From Candidatus Omnitrophota bacterium (lineage in GTDB: Bacteria > Omnitrophota > Gorgyraeia > Zapsychrales > JAHFFX01): a stretch of 64,000 bases of DNA. The translations under genes and the position numbers were made by a program. The stretch covers positions 97,358 to 161,357 of the forward strand of contig JAHFFY010000001.1 of the NCBI GenBank assembly GCA_023247705.1, given 5' to 3'. This document shows, piece by piece, positions 1 to 9,794 of the stretch (positions within the stretch are counted from its first letter, which is position 1; each line of letters begins with the position of its first letter). The notes beneath the pieces are model-generated. The model was given only the letters and a program-made list of their open reading frames with translations. It was not told where the DNA came from and did no database searches.

Positions 1-1094
1 CGGATAGCGCCGCTGATCGGATTATTGGTATAGACGCGGTAGCCGTTGATACGAAAATTTTTGATTTTGTAAACCATGAACGTTCGCATGATTGCCGCGG
101 CGATAACGGTTGGGCCATAGCTGCAATAAGCCCCTCCATCCGCAATAACTTCACCGGAAATGGCCATCAGGGTTCCGTCTTTTTTGATGCCTGATTTTAA
201 TTTGTAGAGCATCGCGTGTTTCCGTCGGGAAAATGAAAATTCTTCTTCGCGCGAATAGGTTATTTTAACCGGCAGTCCACCGCATTTACGGGATAACAGA
301 CAAACTGCAAAATCCATGGGAAGCATTTCTAATTTTCCGCCGAACCCTCCACCAACGGCAAGTTTAATAACGCGGACGTCATTTAAATCCATTTTTAAAC
401 ATTTCGCCAAGGCCTCCCGGCATTTAAACGGGGCCTGACTTGAAGACCATAATGTGATTTTATTTGAAAATGTTTCGAATTGTCCAACGCAAACATGTGG
501 TTCTAATGCAGCATGAGCTGCTGCTTGGGAGTAAAAAATGTCTTCACGAACATAATCCGATTCTTTCAGGGCGCGGTCGACATTACCGAAATTAACTGGT
601 AGGATAACCGCAATATTATTCATCGCTTCATGAATTTGCGGTGCGCCTGGTTTCATGGCTTCGACCATATCAAAAACCGCTGGAAGGATTTCATACTGAA
701 CATCGATCAATTTTAATGCTTCTTCGGCTGTCTCTTCATCCACCGCCGCGACAGCGCCTATTTCATCGCCGATATAACGTACTTTATCCGATTCCAGGGC
801 TTGTTGATCGACTGTATGCGGGAAAAAATATTCATTGGATCCAAATTTGATAAGATAGGTATCCTTGGCGGTGATAATGGCTTTGACGCCGGGTAATACC
901 TCGGCTTTAGAGGTATCGATACTGAGAATACGCGCATGCGGATGGGGACTGCGCAACATTTTTCCGACCAGCATATTGGGAAAACTGACGTCGAACGCAT
1001 ATTTCGCCTGACCGGTCACGATCCCTTTTCCGTCGATACGCGGGACGCTTTTTCCAACCGGATTGACGTAGTTTTTATTGATTCGTGTGATCAT
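1..1094 (-). CDS. Xanthine dehydrogenase/CO dehydrogenase/aldehyde oxidoreductase family molybdopterin-binding large subunit; only its N-terminal ~365 aa lie in the window, the gene runs off the left edge
   Basis: Minus-strand translation from the ATG at 1094-1092 gives MITRINKNYVNPVGKSVPRIDGKGIVTGQAKYAFDV...LRSPHPHARILSIDTSKAEVLPGVKAIIT, typical of the a/b-hammerhead N-terminus of XDH-family large subunits. It lies directly downstream of the 2Fe-2S and FAD subunit genes and has no stop before position 1. Confidence 0.8.
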   Translation of the reverse strand, partial: MITRINKNYVNPVGKSVPRIDGKGIVTGQAKYAFDVSFPNMLVGKMLRSPHPHARILSIDTSKAEVLPGVKAIITAKDTYLIKFGSNEYFFPHTVDQQALESDKVRYIGDEIGAVAAVDEETAEEALKLIDVQYEILPAVFDMVEAMKPGAPQIHEAMNNIAVILPVNFGNVDRALKESDYVREDIFYSQAAAHAALEPHVCVGQFETFSNKITLWSSSQAPFKCREALAKCLKMDLNDVRVIKLAVGGGFGGKLEMLPMDFAVCLLSRKCGGLPVKITYSREEEFSFSRRKHAMLYKLKSGIKKDGTLMAISGEVIADGGAYCSYGPTVIAAAIMRTFMVYKIKNFRINGYRVYTNNPISGAI

Positions 1095-1109
1095 AAATTT
1101 TATCGCTAA

Positions 1110-1622
1110 TTAATGATTGATAAGATTCGTTTGTGTGAGATGAACGGAATTTAATTTGTTCTCTTGTTCTTCCATTTTCTGTCCGGCGGCACGGATGGCA
1201 TCAAAAATTTTAAGGTATCCGGTACACCGGCAGAGATTTCCATCTAGGGCATATTCGATATCTTCCTGGGTCGGGCGGTGATTTTGGTCCAATAATGCCT
1301 TGGAAGACATAATCATTCCCGGAATACAAAAACCGCATTGAACGGCACCGTGATCCAAAAACGATTGTTGAACCGGGTGAAGGTTTTCTCCTTCGCTTAC
1401 CCCTTCGATTGTCGTAATCTCGTCTCCTTCAAGACTGTTTGCTAAAGTGATACAGGACAGGACAGCTTTTTGATTGATGATCACCGTACATGCCCCGCAC
1501 TCTGACTCGGTGCAACTCGTCTTGGTTCCCGTCATGCCGAGCTGATCGCGCAAAACCTCAAGAAGGGTTTCGTGACCTTTCAAATCGACTTCAACCAGTT
1601 TTTTATTGATTTTTAGTATCAT
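1110..1622 (-). CDS. XDH/CODH-family [2Fe-2S]-binding small subunit (CoxS/CutS-like)
   Basis: 170 aa with two cysteine clusters (CTESECGACTV and CGFCIPG...CRCTGY) diagnostic of the plant-type and helical 2Fe-2S domains of molybdenum hydroxylases. It overlaps the upstream FAD subunit by 4 nt (ATGA). Confidence 0.9.
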   Translation of the reverse strand: MILKINKKLVEVDLKGHETLLEVLRDQLGMTGTKTSCTESECGACTVIINQKAVLSCITLANSLEGDEITTIEGVSEGENLHPVQQSFLDHGAVQCGFCIPGMIMSSKALLDQNHRPTQEDIEYALDGNLCRCTGYLKIFDAIRAAGQKMEEQENKLNSVHLTQTNLINH

Positions 1623-2473
1623 AGTTTTTTTCTCCTCTGGACTAACTCTAAAATGGCATTTTTAATACAAACGCGAAACATCGATTTTTTATAGTCATCA
1701 CTACGCGTATCGTAGATACTCAGATCGAGATGGTTTAATGCTTCACTAGCGATGCTTTCCTCGATCTCAGATTTATTCAAAAATTCCTCAAGAATTATAT
1801 CACGTTTTGCGAAAACGGTTCCACTATTTATAACGACTTTTGTTTGCTGGAAACGTTCATCGGTCAAGGTCGATCGAATACATGCGCCTAATAACGGAAC
1901 ATCAACCTCGGACAGTTTCTTGACACGCTGATAGCTCAGTTGACATTTTTTGTCGCGTTTAATGGAGAGGTGCGTGAGCAAATTGTTTGTTTTTGCACCC
2001 TTATTAAAAAATTCTTCAACGGTGACTTCCTCTTTTGTATTGGATCCGACAAAATGCATTTTGGTATCTAATGCGATGAGCGGCGCACCTAATTCGGTCC
2101 ATGTATAACGGCTGGTTAAATTTCCTCCTACCGTCGCCATATTGCGGATTAGATTCGTCGAGATGTTGCGGCAAACTTTTTTGAGAATTGCAAAATTATC
2201 GGTTAAGTGCGGCGAATTGTATAAATCTGTAATACTGGTCATTGATTTGATCGTGAGCGTTTCCGGATCAGTCGTGATCCCTTTTAACTCTGCAATCTTA
2301 CGTAGACTGATAATATTCGGGACCGTTTTCATCCCTTTTTTCTTAAGCAATTTGAGGCTGTTTAATAAAAATGTTCCACCGGCCAGTAAGCGGCATTCTC
2401 CCAATGATGAATAAAGAGACAAGGCTTCGGACACAGTTTGCGGTGAGTAAAAATTGATCGGATTTAATAACAT
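1619..2473 (-). CDS. XDH/CODH-family FAD-binding medium subunit (CoxM/CutM-like)
   Basis: 284 aa with LLAGGTFLL and ATVGGNL motifs of the FAD-binding PCMH fold of molybdenum hydroxylases. It is the first gene of an M-S-L operon. Confidence 0.85.
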   Translation of the reverse strand: MLLNPINFYSPQTVSEALSLYSSLGECRLLAGGTFLLNSLKLLKKKGMKTVPNIISLRKIAELKGITTDPETLTIKSMTSITDLYNSPHLTDNFAILKKVCRNISTNLIRNMATVGGNLTSRYTWTELGAPLIALDTKMHFVGSNTKEEVTVEEFFNKGAKTNNLLTHLSIKRDKKCQLSYQRVKKLSEVDVPLLGACIRSTLTDERFQQTKVVINSGTVFAKRDIILEEFLNKSEIEESIASEALNHLDLSIYDTRSDDYKKSMFRVCIKNAILELVQRRKKL

Positions 2474-2639
2474 ATTCTGAAAGAAAATTTATGGGTATAA
2501 TCAAAATCCTTCTCGAGAAACACCTATAATTATACCAGCAAAGTGTTGCTTGGCAAGAAATAATACCGATAAGTTATGGAGAGGAATTTTTGGAAATTAG
2601 CATTCATTTTAGAGATTACTGGGAGGTAAAACAAACCGT

Positions 2640-3581
2640 TTAGGCGTGATGTAAATACCTTTCCGCATCCAGAGCGGCCATGCATCCGGACCCGGCAGAT
2701 GTGATCGCCTGTCGATAAATTTTGTCTTGGACATCTCCACAGGCAAAAACGCCTTCGATGCTTGTTTTTGTTGATCCGGGTGTGGTTTTGATATAGCCCG
2801 TTTCATCTAAAGTCAACTGTCCATCGAGAAAAGCGGTATTAGGCAGATGTCCGATTGCATAAAACAGGCCGTTCGCTTCTAAAATAGACTCTTGGTTTGT
2901 TTTGACATTTTTTACTTTTAAACTTGTAAGAGATTTTTCTCCCACCACTTCTGTCAAGACCGTGTTCCAAATGACCTCGATTTTTTTGTTTGAGAACAGA
3001 CGTTCTTGCATTGTTTTCGACGCCCGAAGCGTATCGCGGCGGACTAGGAGAATGACTTTGCTTGCGTATTTTGTTAGAAAAGTGGATTCCTCAACCGCGG
3101 AATCACCTCCCCCAACAACGACCAAGATTTTATTGCGGAAAATCGGCAAGGCCCCATCGCAGACCGCACAGGCGGAAATCCCTTTTTGCCAAAGACGATT
3201 TTCTCCCGGAACAAACATGCGCTTGGCGGTCGCTCCGGTGGCAATGATAATGGTCTTCGTTTTTGTTACTTGAGAACCGCAAAAAACTTTAAAAAGTTTT
3301 TCCTTGAGATCAATTTTGTCAACTGTTACGGTTTCAATCCGGGCACCGCATTTGATCGACTGGTCGCGCATGCGTTCCATCAATTCCGGCCCCAGGATCC
3401 CTTTGGGGAATCCCGGATAATTTTCGACCTCGGTTGTCGTCGTCAACTGCCCCCCGGCCGCAACACCTGCGGCAACGAGACCTTCAAAGATTAATGGATT
3501 CAACTTAGCTCGCCCGGCATAAATCGCCGCTGTGTGGGCTGCTGGTCCTGAACCAATGATGATTAGATTTTCCATAGGCAT
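2640..3581 (-). CDS. trxB: Thioredoxin reductase
   Basis: 313 aa with an N-terminal [13 protein letters not shown] site, a CAVCDG redox-active disulfide, and a second GGGDSA NADPH-site glycine motif. Confidence 0.9.
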   Translation of the reverse strand: MPMENLIIIGSGPAAHTAAIYAGRAKLNPLIFEGLVAAGVAAGGQLTTTTEVENYPGFPKGILGPELMERMRDQSIKCGARIETVTVDKIDLKEKLFKVFCGSQVTKTKTIIIATGATAKRMFVPGENRLWQKGISACAVCDGALPIFRNKILVVVGGGDSAVEESTFLTKYASKVILLVRRDTLRASKTMQERLFSNKKIEVIWNTVLTEVVGEKSLTSLKVKNVKTNQESILEANGLFYAIGHLPNTAFLDGQLTLDETGYIKTTPGSTKTSIEGVFACGDVQDKIYRQAITSAGSGCMAALDAERYLHHA

Positions 3582-3683
3582 GTCTTTTCCATCTGCTCAT
3601 CGTTATGGAAGACCCCTGCTATTTCTTTTTAGGAATCATTGCGAAACAACAGGGGTTGCCACAAAATTTGATGGAATTTATTT

Positions 3684-4601
3684 TTAAATTTGAAATCGAT
3701 CTAATATTTTCGCGCGAGGTTTTTTTTCAGCGCTGTCACGCAGTTTATGCAGGATATCGTCATAACACGCTTTCGCGGAATTTTGATAGAAAAGACCAAA
3801 ATACCGTCTCTCACTGCTGGCGTATTTAAACGCGCCCTCCAAACTCGTCGGATCATGCTCCACGACCTCTGTTTTTTCCGCCAACCGTTTATCCGGAGTG
3901 ATCCCTTTTTCATGCTTTAAGAAAGAAAACCAGCTCGACGTTTTATAATCAAACGCATTGGGATCATAATGAGGGCATCGTTGGGAGATATGGACAAACG
4001 AAAATCCTTTATGCTGAAAGGCTGCTGCAATTGTGCTCGCAAGATGATCCGGCATCCAATCAGCGGTGCTGGCGACAAATGAAGCCCCTGCCCCTAAAAC
4101 CAGGGTCAACGGGTTTAACGGATCCAGATAAGTTCCGCTCGGTTGGGTGTTGGTGGGATGTCCTTTACGTGTCGTCGGAGATGTTTGGCTTTTGGTCAGG
4201 GCATAAAGTTCATTATCAAACAGAAGGAAAACACAGTTAAAATTTTTATTAATGCCATGAACGAGATGGTTCCCTCCGATACTGAGCGCGTCGCCGTCTC
4301 CGGATTCAATGAAGATATCCAGATCAGGTCTGGCTAATGCTAATCCTAAGGCCACCGTAATCGGACGGCCGTGAATCGAATGAACGCCGTAGGTGTTGAT
4401 ATAATTCGGGGCCCGGCCGGAACATCCGATCCCGGAGACATGCACGGTCAGATGCGGCTGCAACTGTCGATCAACCATAAACCGTTTAATGCCCATCAGG
4501 ATCCCATAGTCCCCGCAGCCTGCACACCAGCGCGGGTTATCGGTATTCAATGATTTGACTGTGACCGGTTCAGCGGATTTATTTTCAACATGAGTACTCA
4601 T
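3684..4601 (-). CDS. korB: 2-oxoacid:ferredoxin oxidoreductase beta subunit (TPP-binding)
   Basis: 305 aa with WCAGCGDYG and GDGD TPP-binding motifs. It overlaps the alpha subunit gene by 4 nt. Confidence 0.85.
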   Translation of the reverse strand: MSTHVENKSAEPVTVKSLNTDNPRWCAGCGDYGILMGIKRFMVDRQLQPHLTVHVSGIGCSGRAPNYINTYGVHSIHGRPITVALGLALARPDLDIFIESGDGDALSIGGNHLVHGINKNFNCVFLLFDNELYALTKSQTSPTTRKGHPTNTQPSGTYLDPLNPLTLVLGAGASFVASTADWMPDHLASTIAAAFQHKGFSFVHISQRCPHYDPNAFDYKTSSWFSFLKHEKGITPDKRLAEKTEVVEHDPTSLEGAFKYASSERRYFGLFYQNSAKACYDDILHKLRDSAEKKPRAKILDRFQI

Positions 4602-6406
4602 GATAATAACTCCTTTACTTGTTCCATAATAATTCTTGGTCTTAAGGGTCGTCCGGTTGCCTTGGCAATCATGGGTTGCACATCAATCAAGGTCTCCGCG
4701 CGTAAAAGCATCGCCAATGGAGAAAGTTTGAATTCATCGCCATACGCTAATTCAACGGTGACGACCTTTTTAAATTTTGAGAAAATTTCTTTAATCATCA
4801 ATGGAAACGGATAAACAATTTTGAAATGAATCCCAGAGGCTGGAATTCCTTGGGCGCGACAACTATTAATTGCCTCTTCGATAGCTCCGCGGCTGCTTCC
4901 CCACCCCACAATAAGAATGTTTCCTTGCTCTGGACCGAACATTTCCGGTTTCGTTAAGGCCTTGCGGACTTCATGGATCTTGGAGTTACGGATCGCGTGG
5001 GCGCGTTGACTGGTTTTGGAAAAATAATTGATTTGTCCCAAATGATCTGAATTAAGACCAGTCACCCGTCGCATCCCCTGGAGATCGCCCGGCGCCGCTT
5101 GGTTATCGCGGACCATCTCGATATTGGCTGGTAAACGGCTCATGTGGAAACGTTCGAGGACAAAATCCTGAATATCATCCACATTATTCATTTCGGTGAC
5201 TTTTGGTTTATCGATGACCTTGTAACTATTTGCCGTCTGGAAATCGCTCATCAGCATGACCGGAACACGTAATTTTTCAGTCAGATAGCGGGCCATCTGC
5301 GGGGCGTAAAAACAGTCAATGACATTGGCGACACTTAAAATAACCTTCGTATTGTCTCCATGGTTTCCAAATAAGACTGCGGGAAGATCCGATTGTTCGG
5401 TCTTCGTAGGCATCCCAGTTGATGGTCCTGATCTCTGGGCATCGATCACAATTAACGGAATTTCAGCCGCCGTAGCGTATCCGATAAATTCTTGTTTCAA
5501 AGAAAGCCCTGGACCAGACGTACAGGTAATGGCAGGAACTCCGCCGAAATAGGATCCGATGGCTGTTCCGATTGCCGCAATTTCGTCTTCAGCCTGATGG
5601 ACAAGCCCTCCATAGGACGGAAAAACTTTCGCCAGCGTGTGCATGATCGATGAGGCCGGCGTGATCGGATATCCGGAAAAAAGCTTAATCCCAGCATCAA
5701 TGATCCCCATGCTTAATGAAGTATTTCCGTCAATTAGAATTTTTTCAGTCTGACTTGGTACTCCAGCGACTTCAATGGAAAAAAGGATATTGGCTTTCGC
5801 ATAGTCGTACCCATTTTCATAGATTTTGATGTTCTTTGAAAGTATTTCTTCTTTTAATTTTTTCCCAAAAGTTTTATTGATTTCCGCGATCACGATTTCT
5901 TTGGGCATGTTATAAATCGAGCTTAACATCCCTAAATAATACATATTCTGTCCGGAATTACTGAGGCTTTGGATCAAGGCCTTGGATTCGGCCGTGATTT
6001 CGAAGGGATAAGTCGAGATTCCCATTTTAGTCAAACGTTTACAAACCTTCTCATAAGATTCTTCATTGGCCGGTTTGTCCCCCATATCCAAAAGGACGCG
6101 ACAGTTCACGTTAGTCTCTTCATCGTCAATCCTGCGATCCAGGACGATCTCATGCGACGCGAGAATAATGTCCGTGTCGTTTCCAATGTTCGTGATATCG
6201 AAATCGGCCAGACGGATAATGACCCCGGAAAGGGCCGGCCGTGTTCTGGGCGGTGGACTGATTTCTGCTGGGATCATGGGCTCGATATAAACATATTTTC
6301 CCATTTTGGCAAACGCCGTGATTAAAATATCACCTGCTTTTTGAGCTCCGAAGCCAGCATCCATCAGTAACTCAAAACGCGAGATTTTCTTTTTCTCAAC
6401 TGACAT
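4598..6406 (-). CDS. korA: 2-oxoacid:ferredoxin oxidoreductase alpha subunit with fused N-terminal gamma-like domain
   Basis: 602 aa. The N-terminal ~190 aa resemble the POR/KOR gamma subunit, followed by the pyrimidine-binding alpha domain (GYPITPAS...TSGPG). It is co-oriented and overlapping with korB. Confidence 0.85.
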   Translation of the reverse strand: MSVEKKKISRFELLMDAGFGAQKAGDILITAFAKMGKYVYIEPMIPAEISPPPRTRPALSGVIIRLADFDITNIGNDTDIILASHEIVLDRRIDDEETNVNCRVLLDMGDKPANEESYEKVCKRLTKMGISTYPFEITAESKALIQSLSNSGQNMYYLGMLSSIYNMPKEIVIAEINKTFGKKLKEEILSKNIKIYENGYDYAKANILFSIEVAGVPSQTEKILIDGNTSLSMGIIDAGIKLFSGYPITPASSIMHTLAKVFPSYGGLVHQAEDEIAAIGTAIGSYFGGVPAITCTSGPGLSLKQEFIGYATAAEIPLIVIDAQRSGPSTGMPTKTEQSDLPAVLFGNHGDNTKVILSVANVIDCFYAPQMARYLTEKLRVPVMLMSDFQTANSYKVIDKPKVTEMNNVDDIQDFVLERFHMSRLPANIEMVRDNQAAPGDLQGMRRVTGLNSDHLGQINYFSKTSQRAHAIRNSKIHEVRKALTKPEMFGPEQGNILIVGWGSSRGAIEEAINSCRAQGIPASGIHFKIVYPFPLMIKEIFSKFKKVVTVELAYGDEFKLSPLAMLLRAETLIDVQPMIAKATGRPLRPRIIMEQVKELLS

Positions 6407-6715
6407 CTCTTCAACCTCTTTTTAATTTGTTAATAGTTAAATAAAATTACTTTTTTGATCCTTAATTAAAATTTTCTATATGGATGTTACTATAACACGT
6501 TGCAATCTTTTCGCAACACTAAAAAATCAATTTTAGGCATTCATGCATGAGCGTTATTCTATTCGGAAGATTTGAATTCAGACCGAAGATCCAAAGGATT
6601 TTAATACTTTGGGAGAAGGAAAATAACTTGTTCTAACAGCGATGAGCGATCTGGGGAAACTAGCTTGCAATTTATAAGACCCCTTCCATATTCCGAAGTG
6701 ATCATGACTCCCGTA

Positions 6716-7807
6716 TTATGCCTTCAGTTGTGGACGTAATTCTTTCAAAGTTTTCATAAAAGACTGATTCTCTTCAATTTTGAAATTATTTTTCCCTTCT
6801 TCTTCCTTTAATATTTCTTCCACTGAATAATCGGATTTAATAACAAATCCAGCGTCTTTAATCATCCGCAGGGTTCTCGCCCGGGAAGATCCCTTGGTAT
6901 TCAGATAACCATCAAGGAACAGAGAATTCGCTGGATAAAGAGCCATCACCTCCATACTTCTTAAATGCCCCTCTCTACCGGCGGCGACACGCAGCTCGGA
7001 GTCAGGGTTTAAAAATCGGTATAAGCACAAAATGCGCAGGCAATATTCTGGGGTTAAATGAGAAAATTTTTTAACGGTATTGCCTTCAATCGGAATTAAA
7101 TAATTGACCGGGATCGATTTGACCCCTAAACGTCGTAAATTTTTCGCAACCTCAATGACATCCGCCACCTCTTCTCCCATCCCAACAATAATTCCGGAGC
7201 ACAATTCGATCCCGGCCGCTTTGGCCGAAGTTAGGGTGTTGAGACGGTCTTGAAAAGTGTGTGTTGTGCAAATGTTGGGATAGTTGCGTTCGGAGGTGTT
7301 CAGATTATGATTAAGCCGATCGAGGCCGGCTTCTTTCAACTTTTTGGCTCCCTGATCCCCAATGAGTCCAGCCGAGATACAAACCTGGATTGGATACCGT
7401 GATTTGATTTCCTTCACGAGGGTACATAGGACATCGATTCGTCTGGGAGACGGGCCTCTGCCCGCGAAAACCATGCAATAGCGAAACGCCCCTGATTCAT
7501 AGGCGCGTTTGGCTTCCGACAAGATTTCTTCATCGGCTTTTAACGGGTATTCTTCTATATTCGCCTTTGAGGTTTTCGCCTGCGCGCAATAATGACAATC
7601 CTCGGGACAAAAGCCGTTCTGGGCATTATTGATAATGTGCACCATGACTTCTTTCCCTCGGAAGTGTTTTCGCACCTGATAGGCGGCATCTAAAAGCGGT
7701 AATAATTCTATTTCCTGAGAGGTCAAGATGCGATGGGAATGTTCATCCGAAAGGATCTCGCTTTTCAAACTTTTTTCGACCAACTCTTCGTAAATGATCC
7801 GATTCAT
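6716..7807 (-). CDS. bioB: Biotin synthase (radical SAM)
   Basis: 363 aa with a CPEDCHYCAQ radical-SAM cluster motif matching BioB (CxxxCxxC), plus downstream BioB-like conserved blocks. Confidence 0.8.
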   Translation of the reverse strand: MNRIIYEELVEKSLKSEILSDEHSHRILTSQEIELLPLLDAAYQVRKHFRGKEVMVHIINNAQNGFCPEDCHYCAQAKTSKANIEEYPLKADEEILSEAKRAYESGAFRYCMVFAGRGPSPRRIDVLCTLVKEIKSRYPIQVCISAGLIGDQGAKKLKEAGLDRLNHNLNTSERNYPNICTTHTFQDRLNTLTSAKAAGIELCSGIIVGMGEEVADVIEVAKNLRRLGVKSIPVNYLIPIEGNTVKKFSHLTPEYCLRILCLYRFLNPDSELRVAAGREGHLRSMEVMALYPANSLFLDGYLNTKGSSRARTLRMIKDAGFVIKSDYSVEEILKEEEGKNNFKIEENQSFMKTLKELRPQLKA

Positions 7808-7932
7808 ATGGTTTCCAATATATGTTTATACAGGTTATTTCCTTAAAAAATAAACAGGCCCATTGTAATATAAAAAATATAATAAAGCAATATTGGACAT
7901 CAGATGACTTGATGTTAAAATAATTTTCACAG

Positions 7933-8973
7933 ATGAAGACTTTTTATATCTTAATCATTAAATTTGGGGCTACGGGCGACGTCTTGAGGACAACGACGAT
8001 CCTCCACGGATTAAAACGGGAATATCCTCAAGCCCATATCACTTGGATTGTTGAGGATAAACGGTCTTTCGATCTCCTTAAAAATAATCAGTTTATCAAT
8101 AATCTCGTCAGTTATGAAGCGATCAGGTTGATTCCTTTCAAAGATGAAAAATTCGATTTATTGATTTCCTTAGATGAGGATCCCCATGCCTTAGCTCTCG
8201 CGAGCGCGACCAATGCCAAAGAGAAATTGGGATACGGTCTCGATGAACAAGGGCAGATTAAAGCGTTTAATCCAGAGAGTCAATATGCCTTCCAGCTTCG
8301 CATTTCGGATGATTTAAAATTCAGAAAAAATCAAAAAACCTATCAACAAATCATCTTTGAAATGGCCCGTTTGCATTACAAACGGGATCCTTATATTTTA
8401 GCGATTGACCGTCGCGATAAAACGTATGCCGAACAGATTTTGAAGAATTTCGGTGTTGCTCATGGGGAGTTGGTGATTGGTCTCAATACGGGTGCTGGAC
8501 CCCGATTTGCGTTTAAGTCATGGACAGTTAAAGGTTATCTCGGCCTTGTTCATCGACTCAAAGAACAGCTCAAATGTAAAATTATGTTATTAGGCGGCCC
8601 AGAAGAAGAACAAAAAAATCGGGAAATTGTAAACCAATGTAAAGACTTGGTCTTGGCCCCGGGCACGCACCATTCCATCACTCAATTCGCGGCTCTTGTG
8701 GACCAGTGTCATCTGATTGTCAGTGGCGATACCGTTGGGATGCACATTGGAATTGCGCTAAAGAAATCAGTGATTGCTATATTCGGACCGACTTGTCCGC
8801 AGGAAATCGATCTTTATGACCGCGGGATTAAAATCGTTTCGCCCATTGAATGCGCTCCCTGTTACAAAAATTTTTGTGATTTCAAAGTGACCTGCATGGA
8901 TAAAATTTTAATTGACGACGTTTATAACGCGATTTGCAAATTACTTCCGCAAGAAGCCAAACCCAAGATATGA
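7933..8973 (+). CDS. Glycosyltransferase family 9 (heptosyltransferase-like)
   Basis: 346 aa with the N-terminal IIKFGATGDVLRTT pattern (GT9 RxGDxxxxxP-type), a C-terminal GGPEE...GPTCP block and a CxxC ending typical of GT9. Confidence 0.75.
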   Translation: MKTFYILIIKFGATGDVLRTTTILHGLKREYPQAHITWIVEDKRSFDLLKNNQFINNLVSYEAIRLIPFKDEKFDLLISLDEDPHALALASATNAKEKLGYGLDEQGQIKAFNPESQYAFQLRISDDLKFRKNQKTYQQIIFEMARLHYKRDPYILAIDRRDKTYAEQILKNFGVAHGELVIGLNTGAGPRFAFKSWTVKGYLGLVHRLKEQLKCKIMLLGGPEEEQKNREIVNQCKDLVLAPGTHHSITQFAALVDQCHLIVSGDTVGMHIGIALKKSVIAIFGPTCPQEIDLYDRGIKIVSPIECAPCYKNFCDFKVTCMDKILIDDVYNAICKLLPQEAKPKI

Positions 8974-9719
8974 AATCAATCGTTGTAATCCCAACTTACA
9001 ATGAAAAGGCCAATATTGAACCTCTTCTTAAAGAAATATTGACACTGGTTCCGGATATTCATGTCTTGGTCGTTGATGACAGTTCTCCCGATGGCACAGC
9101 TGAATTGGTCCATCAACTTCAGTCATCCGATTCGAGAATCCATTTGATGGTGAGAAAAAGCGCGCGTGGACGGGGTTTGGCGGGAATTGCCGGTTTTCTA
9201 TATGCGATCGAGAACAATTTTGACTATATCATTGAAATGGATGCAGACTTTTCCCATTCCCCTCACGACATCCCCCGCTTTTTGGCTGAAATCAAAATTT
9301 TTGATATTGTGATCGGATCAAGGAATATTCCTGGAGGAAAAATCCTTAACCGTCCGCTGATCAGGGATGTGATCTCTTGCCTGGCAAATCTTTATATCCG
9401 CTTGGTATTACGGTTACCCATATACGATTGCAGTTCCGGTTTCCGCTGTTTCCGCAAGGAAGTCCTTGCATCTATCCATCTGGAAGAAATGGTCTCTGTT
9501 GGCCCATCGATACTTGAAGAAATCCTTTATGCCTGTCAGCAACGCCGGTATAAATTCAAGGAAATTCCAATTACTTTCCACGATCGCAAAGAAGGGCAAT
9601 CAAAACTGACCTTAGAGAAAATATTGAACACATTTTATGTGATCACCCTGATTCCTTTTAAAGGAAAATCCGTCGAAAAACCGTCAAAATCCAGAAAAAA
9701 GATAGCCCTAGAAAGATAA
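8970..9719 (+). CDS. GT2 glycosyltransferase, polyprenyl-phosphate sugar synthase (Dpm1/ArnC-like)
   Basis: About 250 aa from the internal ATG at 8970, which overlaps the upstream stop as ATGA. SIVVIPTYNEKANIEPLL...VVDDSSPDGTAE is the GT2 DxD/DPM1-like signature. The track ORF starts 36 nt earlier at 8934. Confidence 0.8.
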   Translation: MKSIVVIPTYNEKANIEPLLKEILTLVPDIHVLVVDDSSPDGTAELVHQLQSSDSRIHLMVRKSARGRGLAGIAGFLYAIENNFDYIIEMDADFSHSPHDIPRFLAEIKIFDIVIGSRNIPGGKILNRPLIRDVISCLANLYIRLVLRLPIYDCSSGFRCFRKEVLASIHLEEMVSVGPSILEEILYACQQRRYKFKEIPITFHDRKEGQSKLTLEKILNTFYVITLIPFKGKSVEKPSKSRKKIALER

Positions 9720-9728
9720 TTTATTTTC

Positions 9729-9756
9729 TTGCTTTTTCCGTAATATCCGGTATAGT
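9729..9756 (+). promoter_or_regulatory. Putative sigma70-like promoter (TTGCTT-N16-TATAGT) upstream of the 618-aa ORF
   Basis: TTGCTT at 9729-9734 and TATAGT at 9751-9756 with a 16-nt spacer. It is followed by a GAGGAGGA RBS at 9771-9778 and the ATG at 9795. Confidence 0.3.
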
Positions 9757-9794
9757 ATTAGCTAGTTGCCGAGGAGGATTAAGGCACTTTCCGT

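Noticed and set aside
641-1000. Short ORFs 641-850 (+) and 758-1000 (-) from the track
   Set aside because: They lie inside or antisense to the clearly homologous XDH-family large-subunit reading frame (minus strand, 1-1094).
5319-6325. Antisense ORFs inside korA (5319-5552, 5969-6325, 6066-6290), and similar embedded ORFs within many other genes in the track (for example 25873-26253 in lptA, 36037-36698 in the GT fusion, 51157-51660 in the propeller gene)
   Set aside because: They are fully contained in the opposite strand of confidently assigned genes, they have no recognisable motifs, and their lengths are typical of chance ORFs.
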